Shown here piece by piece: positions 1 through 9,706 of a DNA stretch of 64,000 bases. Position numbers and translations under genes: made by a program. Under the pieces are notes generated by a model that saw nothing but the letters and a program-made list of their open reading frames with translations, made no database searches and was not told the origin of the DNA. The DNA comes from Balneolaceae bacterium (GTDB lineage Bacteria > Bacteroidota > Rhodothermia > Balneolales > Balneolaceae): NCBI GenBank assembly GCA_007127745.1, contig SKYV01000020.1:62-64061 (forward strand), in the 5' to 3' direction. Within the stretch, counting starts at the first letter, position 1. Each line of letters begins with the position of its first letter.

Positions 1-639
1 CAGCGAGAAAGAAAATTATCTTTTCTTGAAAAAATTTATATCCCTGAAGTATTCAGGGGGTTGTGGTACTCATTAAAGCAAATTTTCAAACCAAGGTTTA
101 CAATGGCATATCCCGAAGAAAAGTGGGATCCTCCATCTATTTTCAGAGGGCGGCCGGTCTTGGTTGAAGATGACGGACAAGAGAGATGTGTTGCCTGCGG
201 ACTATGTGCAAGGGCATGTCCGCCACTGGCTATCAGTATGCAGGCAAGTGAAAACGAAGATCCCAAAGAGCGATATCCCGAAGAGTTTGAAATTAACATG
301 CTGCGATGCATTTACTGTGGATATTGTGAAGAAGTTTGCCCGGAAGAGGCAATCGTGATGAGTAAAGATTACGATATCGTTTTTGAATCAAGAGAAGATG
401 CCGTTTATGATAAAACCAGGCTCCTAGTACCAAAAGAAGATTTGAAAGAAAGGCTCGATTTTCTCCGAGAATACAAAAATAATCAGTTTGGTCAATTCTG
501 GAATTTCCAGCAAGCCAATAACATCCATTCCGTTCGTGACAGAGATGAGGATTGGAATACCGGGCTTTCGCTGGTTGATATGCTTGAACAGCAAAAGAAA
601 AATGACACCACTGAAGCCTCATCAAACTGGTCAGTATAA
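1..639 (+). CDS. nuoI: NADH-quinone oxidoreductase subunit I (5' end outside window)
   Basis: Two 4Fe-4S motifs, [12 protein letters not shown] and [12 protein letters not shown], plus TMAYPEEK. Frame 1 is open from base 1 ([24 protein letters not shown]), so the track's start at 61 is not the true start. Confidence 0.93.
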   Translation, partial: QRERKLSFLEKIYIPEVFRGLWYSLKQIFKPRFTMAYPEEKWDPPSIFRGRPVLVEDDGQERCVACGLCARACPPLAISMQASENEDPKERYPEEFEINMLRCIYCGYCEEVCPEEAIVMSKDYDIVFESREDAVYDKTRLLVPKEDLKERLDFLREYKNNQFGQFWNFQQANNIHSVRDRDEDWNTGLSLVDMLEQQKKNDTTEASSNWSV

Positions 640-656
640 AAGAATTATCACATTCT

Positions 657-1214
657 ATGGTGAAACAGGAAATTTCGCACAAAGATGTCGAAAACTTGCT
701 GGATGATGCAGATTATCTGCAGGATGAGGCAGAAGCAATGAAATATGTGATCGATTCTGTTCCCTATGATGAATCTCCCCCTGACGGCATGTCAATTCTT
801 GAAATGCTTCAGCTGATTGATCATGCACAGGTTAGTTATTTCCGGCCTGTGGTTGAAAACGTCCTTTCGGAAAACAGGCTACAAAAGTTGTCTGAATATG
901 AACATTATAGTGATTCATTTGAAACTTCAGAAGAGAATAAAAAAGAGAAACCGGACGTCCAAAAAACGTTAAATCGAATTATTAAACACCGTGCTGCCCT
1001 GTTAAATATTTTCAATAATATATCTCTAATTGATTGGGAAAGAATATTAAGAGATGATTCAGGCGAAGAAATTTACTTATATGAATTTGCGAACCAGTTG
1101 ATTCGTGATGAGAGAAAAATTCTCAGGGAAATTGCTGATTTGGTGATGATCTATCAGAACGAAAAACAACATCAGCGAGAAATTAACCGAAAAGCATCCG
1201 ACCGAAATAAATAA
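657..1214 (+). CDS. Hypothetical helical protein, DinB/YfiT-like fold suspected
   Basis: 185-aa ORF. SILEMLQLIDHAQ resembles the DinB WSIxEILxHLxDxE motif; LIDWERILRD resembles 'edweR'. The C-terminal metal-binding His residues are absent. Confidence 0.5.
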   Translation: MVKQEISHKDVENLLDDADYLQDEAEAMKYVIDSVPYDESPPDGMSILEMLQLIDHAQVSYFRPVVENVLSENRLQKLSEYEHYSDSFETSEENKKEKPDVQKTLNRIIKHRAALLNIFNNISLIDWERILRDDSGEEIYLYEFANQLIRDERKILREIADLVMIYQNEKQHQREINRKASDRNK

Positions 1215-1225
1215 GGACTGATTCT

Positions 1226-1825
1226 GTGTGGGGTCAAATTTTTACCTTTATTGCTGCTATACTTTGTCTCTATTTTGTGTATAAACACCTTACGGACAGG
1301 GTCAAAAGTGTTAAATATGTATCTTCCGCCGCTTTGTTGATGTGGATTTTGATGCACATTTTTTCCGGGATAGATCTTCCACACCAACAAAACATCCTGG
1401 ATATGATACATATTACAGGCCTGGCCATGGTTTTGGTGACGTTATTGTTAATTATCAGACATTTACGGCCTGAAATATTTCGATACCCCTACGTGTTGGC
1501 TTTTGCTCCATTACTGATACCGTTTGCTCAATTACTTGTTATTGATACACATCTTATTAAAGATATCATTGTAATGTCCACACAGGGCGTTGCTATTTTT
1601 GTATTTGTGCTGCTGATGATGTCCAATAAATTAGATCTTTCCGCAAGATTTTCCATCATAGTGAGTGCAACACTGCTAATTATTACTTTCATACTGGTTT
1701 GGTTTTTATCAAATAACTTTGTGATTGAAGATTATTTGTGGCAAATATTGTTGTCGGCGGGAATGATCCTTGGAGTTTATACCTTTACCAGGAATATTGA
1801 AATAATGTTAAAACCGTATGGATGA
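1226..1825 (+). CDS. Hypothetical polytopic membrane protein (about 7 TM)
   Basis: 199 aa of alternating hydrophobic segments; its stop overlaps the next start. Confidence 0.7.
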   Translation: MWGQIFTFIAAILCLYFVYKHLTDRVKSVKYVSSAALLMWILMHIFSGIDLPHQQNILDMIHITGLAMVLVTLLLIIRHLRPEIFRYPYVLAFAPLLIPFAQLLVIDTHLIKDIIVMSTQGVAIFVFVLLMMSNKLDLSARFSIIVSATLLIITFILVWFLSNNFVIEDYLWQILLSAGMILGVYTFTRNIEIMLKPYG

Positions 1826-2285
1826 TATGAATGTATCGGACAAACCTGACAATTTTACCTTGACAAACACAGAAGGGGAGAAGGTCAACCTGAATGATTT
1901 AATTGGCGATAATAAATTGCTGCTCCTTTTTTTTCCATTTGCTTTTTCCAGTGTATGCGCAGATGAAATGTGCACCACACGAGACAACATGAAACTCTAT
2001 AACTCACTACAATGCAATGTAGTAGCCATTAGTGTTGATAGTTTTTTTACCCTGAAAGCCTTCAAAAAAGCAAATAATCTTAACTTCACTTTATTGAGTG
2101 ATTTTAACAAAGAGGTATCCCGGCAGTTCAACTGTCTTTATAAAGATTATTTCGGTGCTAAGGGAGTTTCAAAACGTTCTGCTTTTGTGATAAATCGCGA
2201 CGGTGTGGTTGAATATGCAGAAATTCTGGATGATTCTGACAAACAACCTGATTTCAAAGAGATATACCGGATTTTAAAAGCCTGA
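1818..2285 (+). CDS. Peroxiredoxin (AhpC/TSA; AhpE/BCP-like)
   Basis: FFPFAFSSVCADEMC (PxxxSxxC peroxidatic motif with CxxxxC), VVAISVDS, LLSDFN and conserved Arg in KRSAFVI. Confidence 0.88.
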   Translation: MDDMNVSDKPDNFTLTNTEGEKVNLNDLIGDNKLLLLFFPFAFSSVCADEMCTTRDNMKLYNSLQCNVVAISVDSFFTLKAFKKANNLNFTLLSDFNKEVSRQFNCLYKDYFGAKGVSKRSAFVINRDGVVEYAEILDDSDKQPDFKEIYRILKA

Positions 2286-2426
2286 AAATTAGAATTCTTT
2301 ATACAAGGCCCGGAAACAGGGAGGAGTATTGATCTTTTCTTCAATCATTACACCGTTAAACTTTACATAATATATATTATACGACATTTATAGATAACTT
2401 TTCTTATGATAAAGCCATTAGCGTTT

Positions 2427-2771
2427 TTAATCCTCAAAAGTTACTTCCAGATCAAACTTACCCTCTTTATCACAATCGATACGGATTTTATCCAAAATTG
2501 CGTCGATGTTAATCCCGTCTTTAATCCAGACGATGTTATCACTCTGGCTTTTTAAAATCGGATTAATCAGCCTCGATTTATCAATCACCAATAGCAGTAG
2601 ATTTTTTCTCGCCTTAAAATTTTCATTCAAATAGTCTTTCAAGTTCACTGAGGATATGCACTCAACTTTTTGTTCACCATCCGTAGTGTCATCCGTTGTA
2701 TAAAATCCACCTTTGTTCCTGTCTCTCCATTTTCGTTTCGATACAATGTGAAATATTAAATCTGAACTCAT
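2427..2771 (-). CDS. DUF952-like protein
   Basis: N-terminal LIFHIVSK..W, LLLLVID and a GINIDAI segment fit the DUF952 pattern; divergent. Confidence 0.6.
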   Translation of the reverse strand: MSSDLIFHIVSKRKWRDRNKGGFYTTDDTTDGEQKVECISSVNLKDYLNENFKARKNLLLLVIDKSRLINPILKSQSDNIVWIKDGINIDAILDKIRIDCDKEGKFDLEVTFED

Positions 2772-2788
2772 ATAAAAACTGTTTTATC

Positions 2789-3742
2789 TTAGATTTCTTG
2801 TAAGTGTGTGGCTATGTGAAGTATGGCATCACCTTTATGAACCACAGGATTATAATTTAAACCGATCACACGCCCGATGTGTCTGCTTTTAATATTAAAA
2901 ATTTCGTTTCCAAACGGATCCGTTATCCTACCCAGCAACTGATTCTTTTTTATAATATCACCCAATTCAATTTTTGGATGAAACAATCCTGCGTAATTTG
3001 CCCGCACCCAGGATGATTTTCCATAAATTTCTGTTTTACCTGCACCCGGAGCCGTTTTTCGCATATCCAGATATTTCATCAACCGTAAGGTACCATTAAT
3101 TCCCTGCTTTATGCCATCCTCATCAAAACGAAGTGATTCTCCTGTTTCAAATACCAGAATATGTTTATTTTTCTGATGTGTTGCTTTACGAAATGATTTG
3201 TCAATCAGCGAAGAATGCAGAATTAATTTGGGTGCAAATGCTTTTGCCAGATCCAGATTTTTTTCAATTCCCAATACACATCTGATTTGCGGAAAATTTG
3301 ATCTGCTGGCACCGCCTGTATGAAAATCTATTCCAAAATCAATTTTTGGGATAATTTCATTCATAATAGTGTAAGCCACTAATTTTGCTAATGATCCGCG
3401 TTTATTACCGGGAAAACTTCGATTGATGTCTTTGCCATCGGGAACACCCCGCACATTTTGGATAAATCCATAAATATTCATCAACGGAATGGCAATTACA
3501 GTTCCTTTTTGTGGTACCACAAGATTTTTGGCCAGTAATCTCCGAACAATTTCAATGCCATTTATCTCGTCGCCATGCAGGCCGCCGGTTAAAAGCAGTA
3601 CAGGGCCGGGTTTATCCGACCTGATAACTCGAACCGGCAGATCAATATTCGTGTAGGTTGGAAGGCGTGCAATATTCAGATATAGCAGTCTGTCTTCTCC
3701 CCTTCCAATTTTTTCCCCGTTTATTTGAAGATACTCAGGCAT
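2789..3742 (-). CDS. Succinylglutamate desuccinylase/aspartoacylase family (M14-like Zn hydrolase)
   Basis: [24 protein letters not shown] and FETGE motifs, plus a C-terminal biotinyl-like domain. Confidence 0.9.
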   Translation of the reverse strand: MPEYLQINGEKIGRGEDRLLYLNIARLPTYTNIDLPVRVIRSDKPGPVLLLTGGLHGDEINGIEIVRRLLAKNLVVPQKGTVIAIPLMNIYGFIQNVRGVPDGKDINRSFPGNKRGSLAKLVAYTIMNEIIPKIDFGIDFHTGGASRSNFPQIRCVLGIEKNLDLAKAFAPKLILHSSLIDKSFRKATHQKNKHILVFETGESLRFDEDGIKQGINGTLRLMKYLDMRKTAPGAGKTEIYGKSSWVRANYAGLFHPKIELGDIIKKNQLLGRITDPFGNEIFNIKSRHIGRVIGLNYNPVVHKGDAILHIATHLQEI

Positions 3743-4673
3743 GGCGTTTTACCTTTCTTCCTGATTTTGGTTTTTTCCTGGATTTATCAATCAGTGTTTC
3801 AACGTATTTGATGATCAGGTCAGCAATATCTTTTTTGGTGGCTTTCTCAATACCTTCGAGTCCGGGTGATGAATTCACTTCCAATGCAAGTGGCCCGCGG
3901 GAGGATTGAAGCATATCCACGCCGGCAATTTTCAGATTCATAGCTTTTGCCGCTGTAATCGCTACTTTGCGTTCTTCTTTGTTCAGTTTAATTAAAGTGG
4001 CACTGCCGCCCTGATGCAAATTAGATCTGAACTCTCCTTCTTTACCTTGTCTTTTCATAGCTCCCACAACTTTATTCCCAATCACAAAGGCACGAATATC
4101 GGCGCCTTTGGCCTCGGATATAAATTCCTGCACTATCACACGCGCCTTCATGCTATGGAATGCTTCAATCATCGATTCGGCTGCTTTTTTTGTTGGAGCA
4201 AGTACCACACCATTACCTTGCGTTCCCTCCAATAATTTAACAATCAACGGAGCTCCTCCCACACTTTCAATAATTTTGGCTACCTCTTTACTATAATTCG
4301 TAAACACTGTTTTGGGCATGCCAACATTTGCCGTGGCAAGAATTTGCAGGCTTCGGAGCTTATCCCGTGACCGTACCAGAGCCTGAGATTCAACCGTTGT
4401 GGGAATATTCATCATCTCAAATTGGCGCACCACAGCCGCTCCGTAAAATGTAACAGAAGCACCAATCCTTGGAATAACTGCCGATACATTTTTGATTTCA
4501 TCACCGTGATAAATGATACTCGGCTTGTCCTGCTCAATCACGATATCACATTTCAAATGATCCAAAACTACGGCACGATGCCCTCTTTTTTCAACGGCTT
4601 CAACAAGGCGCCTGGTTGAATAGAGCGATCTGTTTCTGGATAGAATTGCGATACGATATTGTTGGTTTGACAT
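3735..4673 (-). CDS. rimK: RimK-family alpha-L-glutamate ligase (ATP-grasp)
   Basis: [61 protein letters not shown] and [12 protein letters not shown]. Confidence 0.95.
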   Translation of the reverse strand: MSNQQYRIAILSRNRSLYSTRRLVEAVEKRGHRAVVLDHLKCDIVIEQDKPSIIYHGDEIKNVSAVIPRIGASVTFYGAAVVRQFEMMNIPTTVESQALVRSRDKLRSLQILATANVGMPKTVFTNYSKEVAKIIESVGGAPLIVKLLEGTQGNGVVLAPTKKAAESMIEAFHSMKARVIVQEFISEAKGADIRAFVIGNKVVGAMKRQGKEGEFRSNLHQGGSATLIKLNKEERKVAITAAKAMNLKIAGVDMLQSSRGPLALEVNSSPGLEGIEKATKKDIADLIIKYVETLIDKSRKKPKSGRKVKRHA

Positions 4674-4681
4674 GCAAAAAA

Positions 4682-5116
4682 TTAGTTAAATAGATATTTT
4701 TTAGAGACATCTACGATAAATCTTCTGGTTAAAAACCGTCGGCCGATTAAAACAGGATATTTCATTTCAGACCGATTTGTCAGCGAAAGTTGTATGATTC
4801 GTTTTTTCCCTGCAAAAACAGCTTTTTGTTTAATTACAACACGCTCTTCCACATATCCGTTTGAACTGCGCACCTTTTTAATTTTATAAACCGGGCTTTC
4901 AAACGGCTTATCCTCATATTCCGGATGATCGGGATCGAGTACATTAAAACGAACCCACTGACTTCCATCTTTATCGGTCAATTCAATATTGTGGCAGTGC
5001 AGGCTCGACGTGTATGCGCCCGTGTCAACTTTTGCATCGAGGCTGAAATGGGTCAAATCCGGCAGGTGAATTTTTTCGAGCCGCCCAATAATAATTTTTG
5101 GTGATGTTTTTCTCAA
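4682..5116 (-). CDS. Retropepsin-like protease of the RimK-associated 'ATP-dependent zinc protease' family (RimB-like)
   Basis: [21 protein letters not shown] (DTG), VRSSNG..EER and [18 protein letters not shown]. The start is probably TTG at 5116; ATG 5212 is possible but lies only 10 bp from the divergent gene. The track's start at 5353 overlaps that gene. Confidence 0.88.
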   Translation of the reverse strand: MRKTSPKIIIGRLEKIHLPDLTHFSLDAKVDTGAYTSSLHCHNIELTDKDGSQWVRFNVLDPDHPEYEDKPFESPVYKIKKVRSSNGYVEERVVIKQKAVFAGKKRIIQLSLTNRSEMKYPVLIGRRFLTRRFIVDVSKKYLFN

Positions 5117-5221
5117 AGAGATGCTCTTATTTTTTGAGGATGTAAAATAAGATGTTTTAAGATTCTGTGCATTTTCTATTTTGTATCTGATTGAATTAAC
5201 TTTCAAACCCATTGTCCAAAC

Positions 5222-6298
5222 ATGAGCCTTATAAACACAGAAAAACCTGTTATTGTTCTCGATGAACGCCGGTGCAAGAGAAACATCAAAAAAATGGCTG
5301 CCAAAGCTGAGAGCACAGGTTGTCTTCTCCGCCCGCACTTCAAAACCCACCAATCCATAGAAATTGGCTCCTGGTTTAAAGAAGCCGGTATCCGGGAGAT
5401 AACGGTTTCATCAACCGGAATGGCCTCCTATTTTGCGTCTGCCGGCTGGAACAACATCACAATTGCCTTTCCGTTTTTCAGACAACAATTACCGGCCCTT
5501 TCCAGCCTGGAAAATCAAGCACGGTTACGTCTGTTTATTAATTCAACGGATGATCTTGAATTCCTGGACGAGGAACTTGCAAACCCGTTTGAAGTGATTA
5601 TTGAAATAAATCCCGGCTACGGGAGAAGCGGAATTCATTACCTGGATTCTGATACAATTAGCAAACTTATTAAAACGTGCAGGCAATTATCGAAACCAAA
5701 GTTCCACGGATTTTATGTGCATGACGGGCGAACCTATCAGGCAAAAAATAAAAAGGAAGTGGAAAATATTATTAAACCGACAATGAATATTCTGAACAAT
5801 TTAAAAGGTAAATTTCCAGGGGCTACCCTTTCACTGGGTGATACGCCTTCGGCCAGTGTATTAGATCATTTTCCCGGAATTGATGAATTAACACCCGGCA
5901 ATTTTGTATTTTACGACTGGATGCAGACTCAAATAGGAAGCTGCAATCTGGATGATGTGGCGCTGTTCGCCCTGTTTCCGGTCGCCCAATATTTCAGGAA
6001 AGAAAACCGTGCCATTATTCATGGTGGAGCCACACATTTATCCAAAGATTTAGTATATACAAACGGCAAACAAAACTATGGTCAGTTGCTTAATATTAGT
6101 ACCTCATCTGTAAATTCTGTTGATCATTCATTTGTAACGGCTCTCTCTCAGGAACACGGAACCATTTCGGGCCTTCCGGATCATTTTGATAAAGGTTCAG
6201 TTTGGATCTGCCCTATCCATTCCTGTTTAACGGCAAATTTATATGATCACTATATTACTACCGAAGGACGGAGAATTGAAAAAAGAATTTTATCATGA
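5222..6298 (+). CDS. PLP-dependent fold-type III enzyme (D-threonine aldolase/D-serine dehydratase-like)
   Basis: LRPHFKTHQS (PLP lysine), GYGRSG, HDGRTY, ELTPGNFVFYD, LSQEHG and PIHSCLTAN. Confidence 0.88.
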   Translation: MSLINTEKPVIVLDERRCKRNIKKMAAKAESTGCLLRPHFKTHQSIEIGSWFKEAGIREITVSSTGMASYFASAGWNNITIAFPFFRQQLPALSSLENQARLRLFINSTDDLEFLDEELANPFEVIIEINPGYGRSGIHYLDSDTISKLIKTCRQLSKPKFHGFYVHDGRTYQAKNKKEVENIIKPTMNILNNLKGKFPGATLSLGDTPSASVLDHFPGIDELTPGNFVFYDWMQTQIGSCNLDDVALFALFPVAQYFRKENRAIIHGGATHLSKDLVYTNGKQNYGQLLNISTSSVNSVDHSFVTALSQEHGTISGLPDHFDKGSVWICPIHSCLTANLYDHYITTEGRRIEKRILS

Positions 6299-6792
6299 CA
6301 AAATCTCTAACTGTTTACGAGAAGTATCTGAAATATTGGCCTTTCATTGCAGGTATAAGCCTGATATTATCAATCGCTTTTTTTGCTTCCTACTTTTTTG
6401 TTGCAGATGTGCTGATTGCCGGTTATTTACGGCTTGTGGCTTTTGGATTTTTCGCGATCGGCTTGCTCGGTCTCCTGAAAATTAAAGATGGCCAGGTAGT
6501 AATTACTCTTGAAGTGGATGAAGACGATGTATTACACCTGAATTATGCAGTCAGAAATCGAATAATTCACCAGGAAGAATGGGCTGTTGCCGAAATCGGA
6601 GAGATAAAAATTGATCAGATGCCAAACCGGAGTCTTTCTAATGATATTATGAAAAGTGATCGTTGTCTTCGGTTCAGGCGAAATAAAGAGTCGGATTGGC
6701 TGTACCTCAATAAAATAAGCAGCAGAGTGGTTCCGCTTACACAAAATAATGCAGAAAAAGTGTATAAATTTTTGCAAAATCTGATCTCATAA
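6295..6792 (+). CDS. Hypothetical membrane protein (2 N-terminal TM plus soluble domain)
   Basis: ATGA overlap with the upstream gene; two hydrophobic helices followed by a beta-rich region. Confidence 0.65.
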   Translation: MTKSLTVYEKYLKYWPFIAGISLILSIAFFASYFFVADVLIAGYLRLVAFGFFAIGLLGLLKIKDGQVVITLEVDEDDVLHLNYAVRNRIIHQEEWAVAEIGEIKIDQMPNRSLSNDIMKSDRCLRFRRNKESDWLYLNKISSRVVPLTQNNAEKVYKFLQNLIS

Positions 6793-6795
6793 TAA

Positions 6796-7608
6796 TCAGG
6801 GAAGCACTTCTTCCATTGGATCAGGATCTTCGGTAAATGCCTGTTTCCAGAAAATATACAGGCCGAGCATGATACCTTTCAGGATAAAGAATGAGAAGAC
6901 GATCATCAGGCCAATGTCCTGAAAAATGACGATGATGATAAAATAGACTCCCAAAAGTATTAACCTGTTTTTATGGCGTCGCAGTGATTCTCTGTCAAAA
7001 TTGGGTATTTTATCAAATGGCACTGTGCTCACCATCAAAAAGGATAGCAAGATGACGATAGGAATCAACACAGATAATACACCGTGTTCAAATGCATCAA
7101 ACAACTCCATGCGGTTCATGAAAGTGAGATAAAACGCAGCCAGCATAATGGCAAATGATGGTGTGGGCAGGCCTCGGAAAAAATCGAGTTCCTGAATTTT
7201 TGACTCCACGTTATATCTTGCCAGCCGGATGGCACTGCATACCGGTGCTAGTCCGCTGAGCAAAATTCCGGCAAAACCAAGTTCATGGAATGCAAAGGCA
7301 TAAACAAGAAATCCCGGTGCTACACCGAATGAGACCACATCAGAAATAGAATCCAGTTCGGTGCCAAATTCGCTTGTGGCATTGGCTATCCGTGCCATAA
7401 AGCCGTCCAGAACATCAAACATTCCGGCAAGAACAATCAGCCAGGCTCCCATCATCAGGTTGCCTTCAAATACAAGCAGAACGGACGCAAAACCGCATAA
7501 AAGATTCATCAGCGTAAAGAAACTCGGAACCACCAGCCGCGGTATGGGCTTAAATTTTCGCTTCCTGAATTTTTTCCGGAATTTCTTTTTTTGAATCGGG
7601 TATTTCAT
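6796..7608 (-). CDS. pssA: CDP-diacylglycerol--serine O-phosphatidyltransferase
   Basis: CDP-alcohol motif DVLDGFMARIANATSEFGTELDSISDVVSFG; adjacent to psd. Start taken at ATG 7608 (MKYPIQ). Confidence 0.88.
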   Translation of the reverse strand: MKYPIQKKKFRKKFRKRKFKPIPRLVVPSFFTLMNLLCGFASVLLVFEGNLMMGAWLIVLAGMFDVLDGFMARIANATSEFGTELDSISDVVSFGVAPGFLVYAFAFHELGFAGILLSGLAPVCSAIRLARYNVESKIQELDFFRGLPTPSFAIMLAAFYLTFMNRMELFDAFEHGVLSVLIPIVILLSFLMVSTVPFDKIPNFDRESLRRHKNRLILLGVYFIIIVIFQDIGLMIVFSFFILKGIMLGLYIFWKQAFTEDPDPMEEVLP

Positions 7609-7677
7609 TGAGCAGGGTTTGTTATATCTGACGTAAAAAGAAGTATACAGCGAAAGATGCTTGCGCACAAATTGTAA

Positions 7678-8334
7678 TCATTCAACTGCTTTAATTTCTC
7701 CGATAATAGACTCGCCGGCCACTGTTCTCTCCCCTATTTTTACTTTCACTTCAATATTATCAGGCAATAATAAATCCATCCTCGAACCAAACTTCATGAT
7801 GCCAAACCGTTCTCCGGCTTTCAGCTTGTCTCCTTTTTTGATGTGATATTCAATCCGGCGGGCAAGAAATCCCGTAATTTGCTTAAACAGAATTTTGGTT
7901 CCGGATGGATGTTTCACTCCAAAATGTGCACGTTCGTTCATCTCTGAAGCATGATCTTCCCAGGCCATCAGATATTTTCCTGGATAATATTTCAAATATT
8001 CCAGATTACCGGAAACCGGATTTCGGTTAACATGAACATCAAGAGGTGACAAAAATATACTGACTTGAGTAGCTTTTTGGTTCAGATATTCGTTTTCTCC
8101 AACTTGTTGTATAAGAACAACTTTTCCATCGGCGGGTGATATGATCAGATTGTCGTCATCAGGAGAAGTTCTATCAGGATCCCGAAAAAAGTAGAGTGTT
8201 AGGCCACAAAGCAAAACCAGCAACGGATACACGATGTATCCCAAAAATACAGGGGCAAAAGAAACGGCATACCCTACCAGAAAACTGAATACAAACACGA
8301 CAATAATTGTCGTAAATCCTTCTTTAGCAAGCAT
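7678..8334 (-). CDS. psd: Phosphatidylserine decarboxylase proenzyme
   Basis: FFRDPDR, SPADGKV, IFLSPLDVHVNR and the KFGSRMD pyruvoyl self-cleavage site. Confidence 0.93.
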   Translation of the reverse strand: MLAKEGFTTIIVVFVFSFLVGYAVSFAPVFLGYIVYPLLVLLCGLTLYFFRDPDRTSPDDDNLIISPADGKVVLIQQVGENEYLNQKATQVSIFLSPLDVHVNRNPVSGNLEYLKYYPGKYLMAWEDHASEMNERAHFGVKHPSGTKILFKQITGFLARRIEYHIKKGDKLKAGERFGIMKFGSRMDLLLPDNIEVKVKIGERTVAGESIIGEIKAVE

Positions 8335-8340
8335 TTGTGT

Positions 8341-9705
8341 TTACCCCCCCAACGTTCGAAGTATATCATTAAAGGTAATCAGAATAAACAGTCCGATGAG
8401 AAAAATAAACCCGAGTTGCTGCAAGGCCATCCTCACTTTGGGCGAAGGTTCTCTTCTGGTGATTCCTTCGTAAACCAAAAACATAAAATGTCCGCCATCG
8501 AGGGCTGGTATGGGTAACATGTTCATAATGGCAAGGGTTACGCTCAAAAAAGCTGTAATATTCCAGAATCCACGCCATCCACCGGTATCTGTGGCCTCTC
8601 TGGTAATATTGGCAATGGCTACAGGACCACCGAGGTTGTCACGCACGGAAATATCTCCGGAGAACATCCGACCAATCCCTTTAATAATTCCAAAAAAAGT
8701 GTCGTTGGTTCGTTCAAATCCGACCCCAACAGATTGCGCCAGGTTATAAGTTTTTTGCTCTACGCTGAAAATATCAGCCGGATTTGGCGCCTGAATACCG
8801 ATTGTATTGGTTTCAGGGTCGGGTGTTACTTCAAGGCTGACAATTTCGGTCTGGTTTTCCGCTATTCCTGCCCGTTCAATTTCAAACTGCAAGGGCCCGT
8901 CGGCATTTTGAATAATGTTGACAAGCTGTAGCCAATACCCCACCTCCTGGCCGTTTACAGCTACAATTTTGTCACCGGGCTGCATACCGGCTTGATCTGC
9001 CGGCCCCCCGTCAATAACCCGCGAGACCATGCTCGGTAAACTGTTCGATGGATCGATAAAACCACCTTCACGGTTAATGAGATCCAAAAAGTCAGGCGGT
9101 GTGGGAATTGTGATTGTTTGCCCATCCCGGTTTACAAGAAAAGATAGTTCCCGGTCGGTTATGGAGGAAGGTGAAAATAATTGATTAAAATATTCAACCT
9201 CTCTCCCGTTCACACCGATTATTTGGTCTCCGGTTTGAAGACCGATTTGTGCAGCTACTGAACTTTCTTCCACATAAATCCCATCGATGGAATTCACAGG
9301 AATAACTGTTTCGCCGTAATTCAGAGCCATTCCCATGTAAATGAATACGGCCAGAATCATATTAAAAATTACTCCGGCAAGTATTACAATCGTGCGTTGC
9401 CAGACCGGCCTGCTTCTGAATTCATCGGGCTTGATCTCTTCATCAACAAAAGTATCATCCATCGATTCGTCGATCATACCGGCAATTTGCACATATCCGC
9501 CAAGAGGCGTAGCACCAATCTGATATTCGGTTTCCCCTTTTTTGAATCCATAAATTTTTGGAGGGAATCCAATAGAGAATTTATTGACTCTCATTTTAAA
9601 ATACTTTGCCGCAATAAAATGCCCCAATTCATGTACTGTAACAAGTATAAAAATTGCCGCAATAAAAATGAGAATTGTTGATGAAAAACTTAAAATCCAT
9701 TCCAT
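8341..9705 (-). CDS. rseP: RIP metalloprotease RseP
   Basis: HELGH zinc motif, PLGGYV, two PDZ domains and NMLPIPALDGGH; directly downstream of dxr. Confidence 0.95.
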   Translation of the reverse strand: MEWILSFSSTILIFIAAIFILVTVHELGHFIAAKYFKMRVNKFSIGFPPKIYGFKKGETEYQIGATPLGGYVQIAGMIDESMDDTFVDEEIKPDEFRSRPVWQRTIVILAGVIFNMILAVFIYMGMALNYGETVIPVNSIDGIYVEESSVAAQIGLQTGDQIIGVNGREVEYFNQLFSPSSITDRELSFLVNRDGQTITIPTPPDFLDLINREGGFIDPSNSLPSMVSRVIDGGPADQAGMQPGDKIVAVNGQEVGYWLQLVNIIQNADGPLQFEIERAGIAENQTEIVSLEVTPDPETNTIGIQAPNPADIFSVEQKTYNLAQSVGVGFERTNDTFFGIIKGIGRMFSGDISVRDNLGGPVAIANITREATDTGGWRGFWNITAFLSVTLAIMNMLPIPALDGGHFMFLVYEGITRREPSPKVRMALQQLGFIFLIGLFILITFNDILRTLGG

Positions 9706-9706
9706 G

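Noticed and set aside
5117-5353. Long N-terminal extension of the retropepsin ORF in the track
   Set aside because: It overlaps the divergent PLP-enzyme gene; family similarity begins only near KIIIGRLE. Similar over-extended track starts were trimmed for pssA, the mutarotase, fucD, both ALDHs and the SPOR protein.
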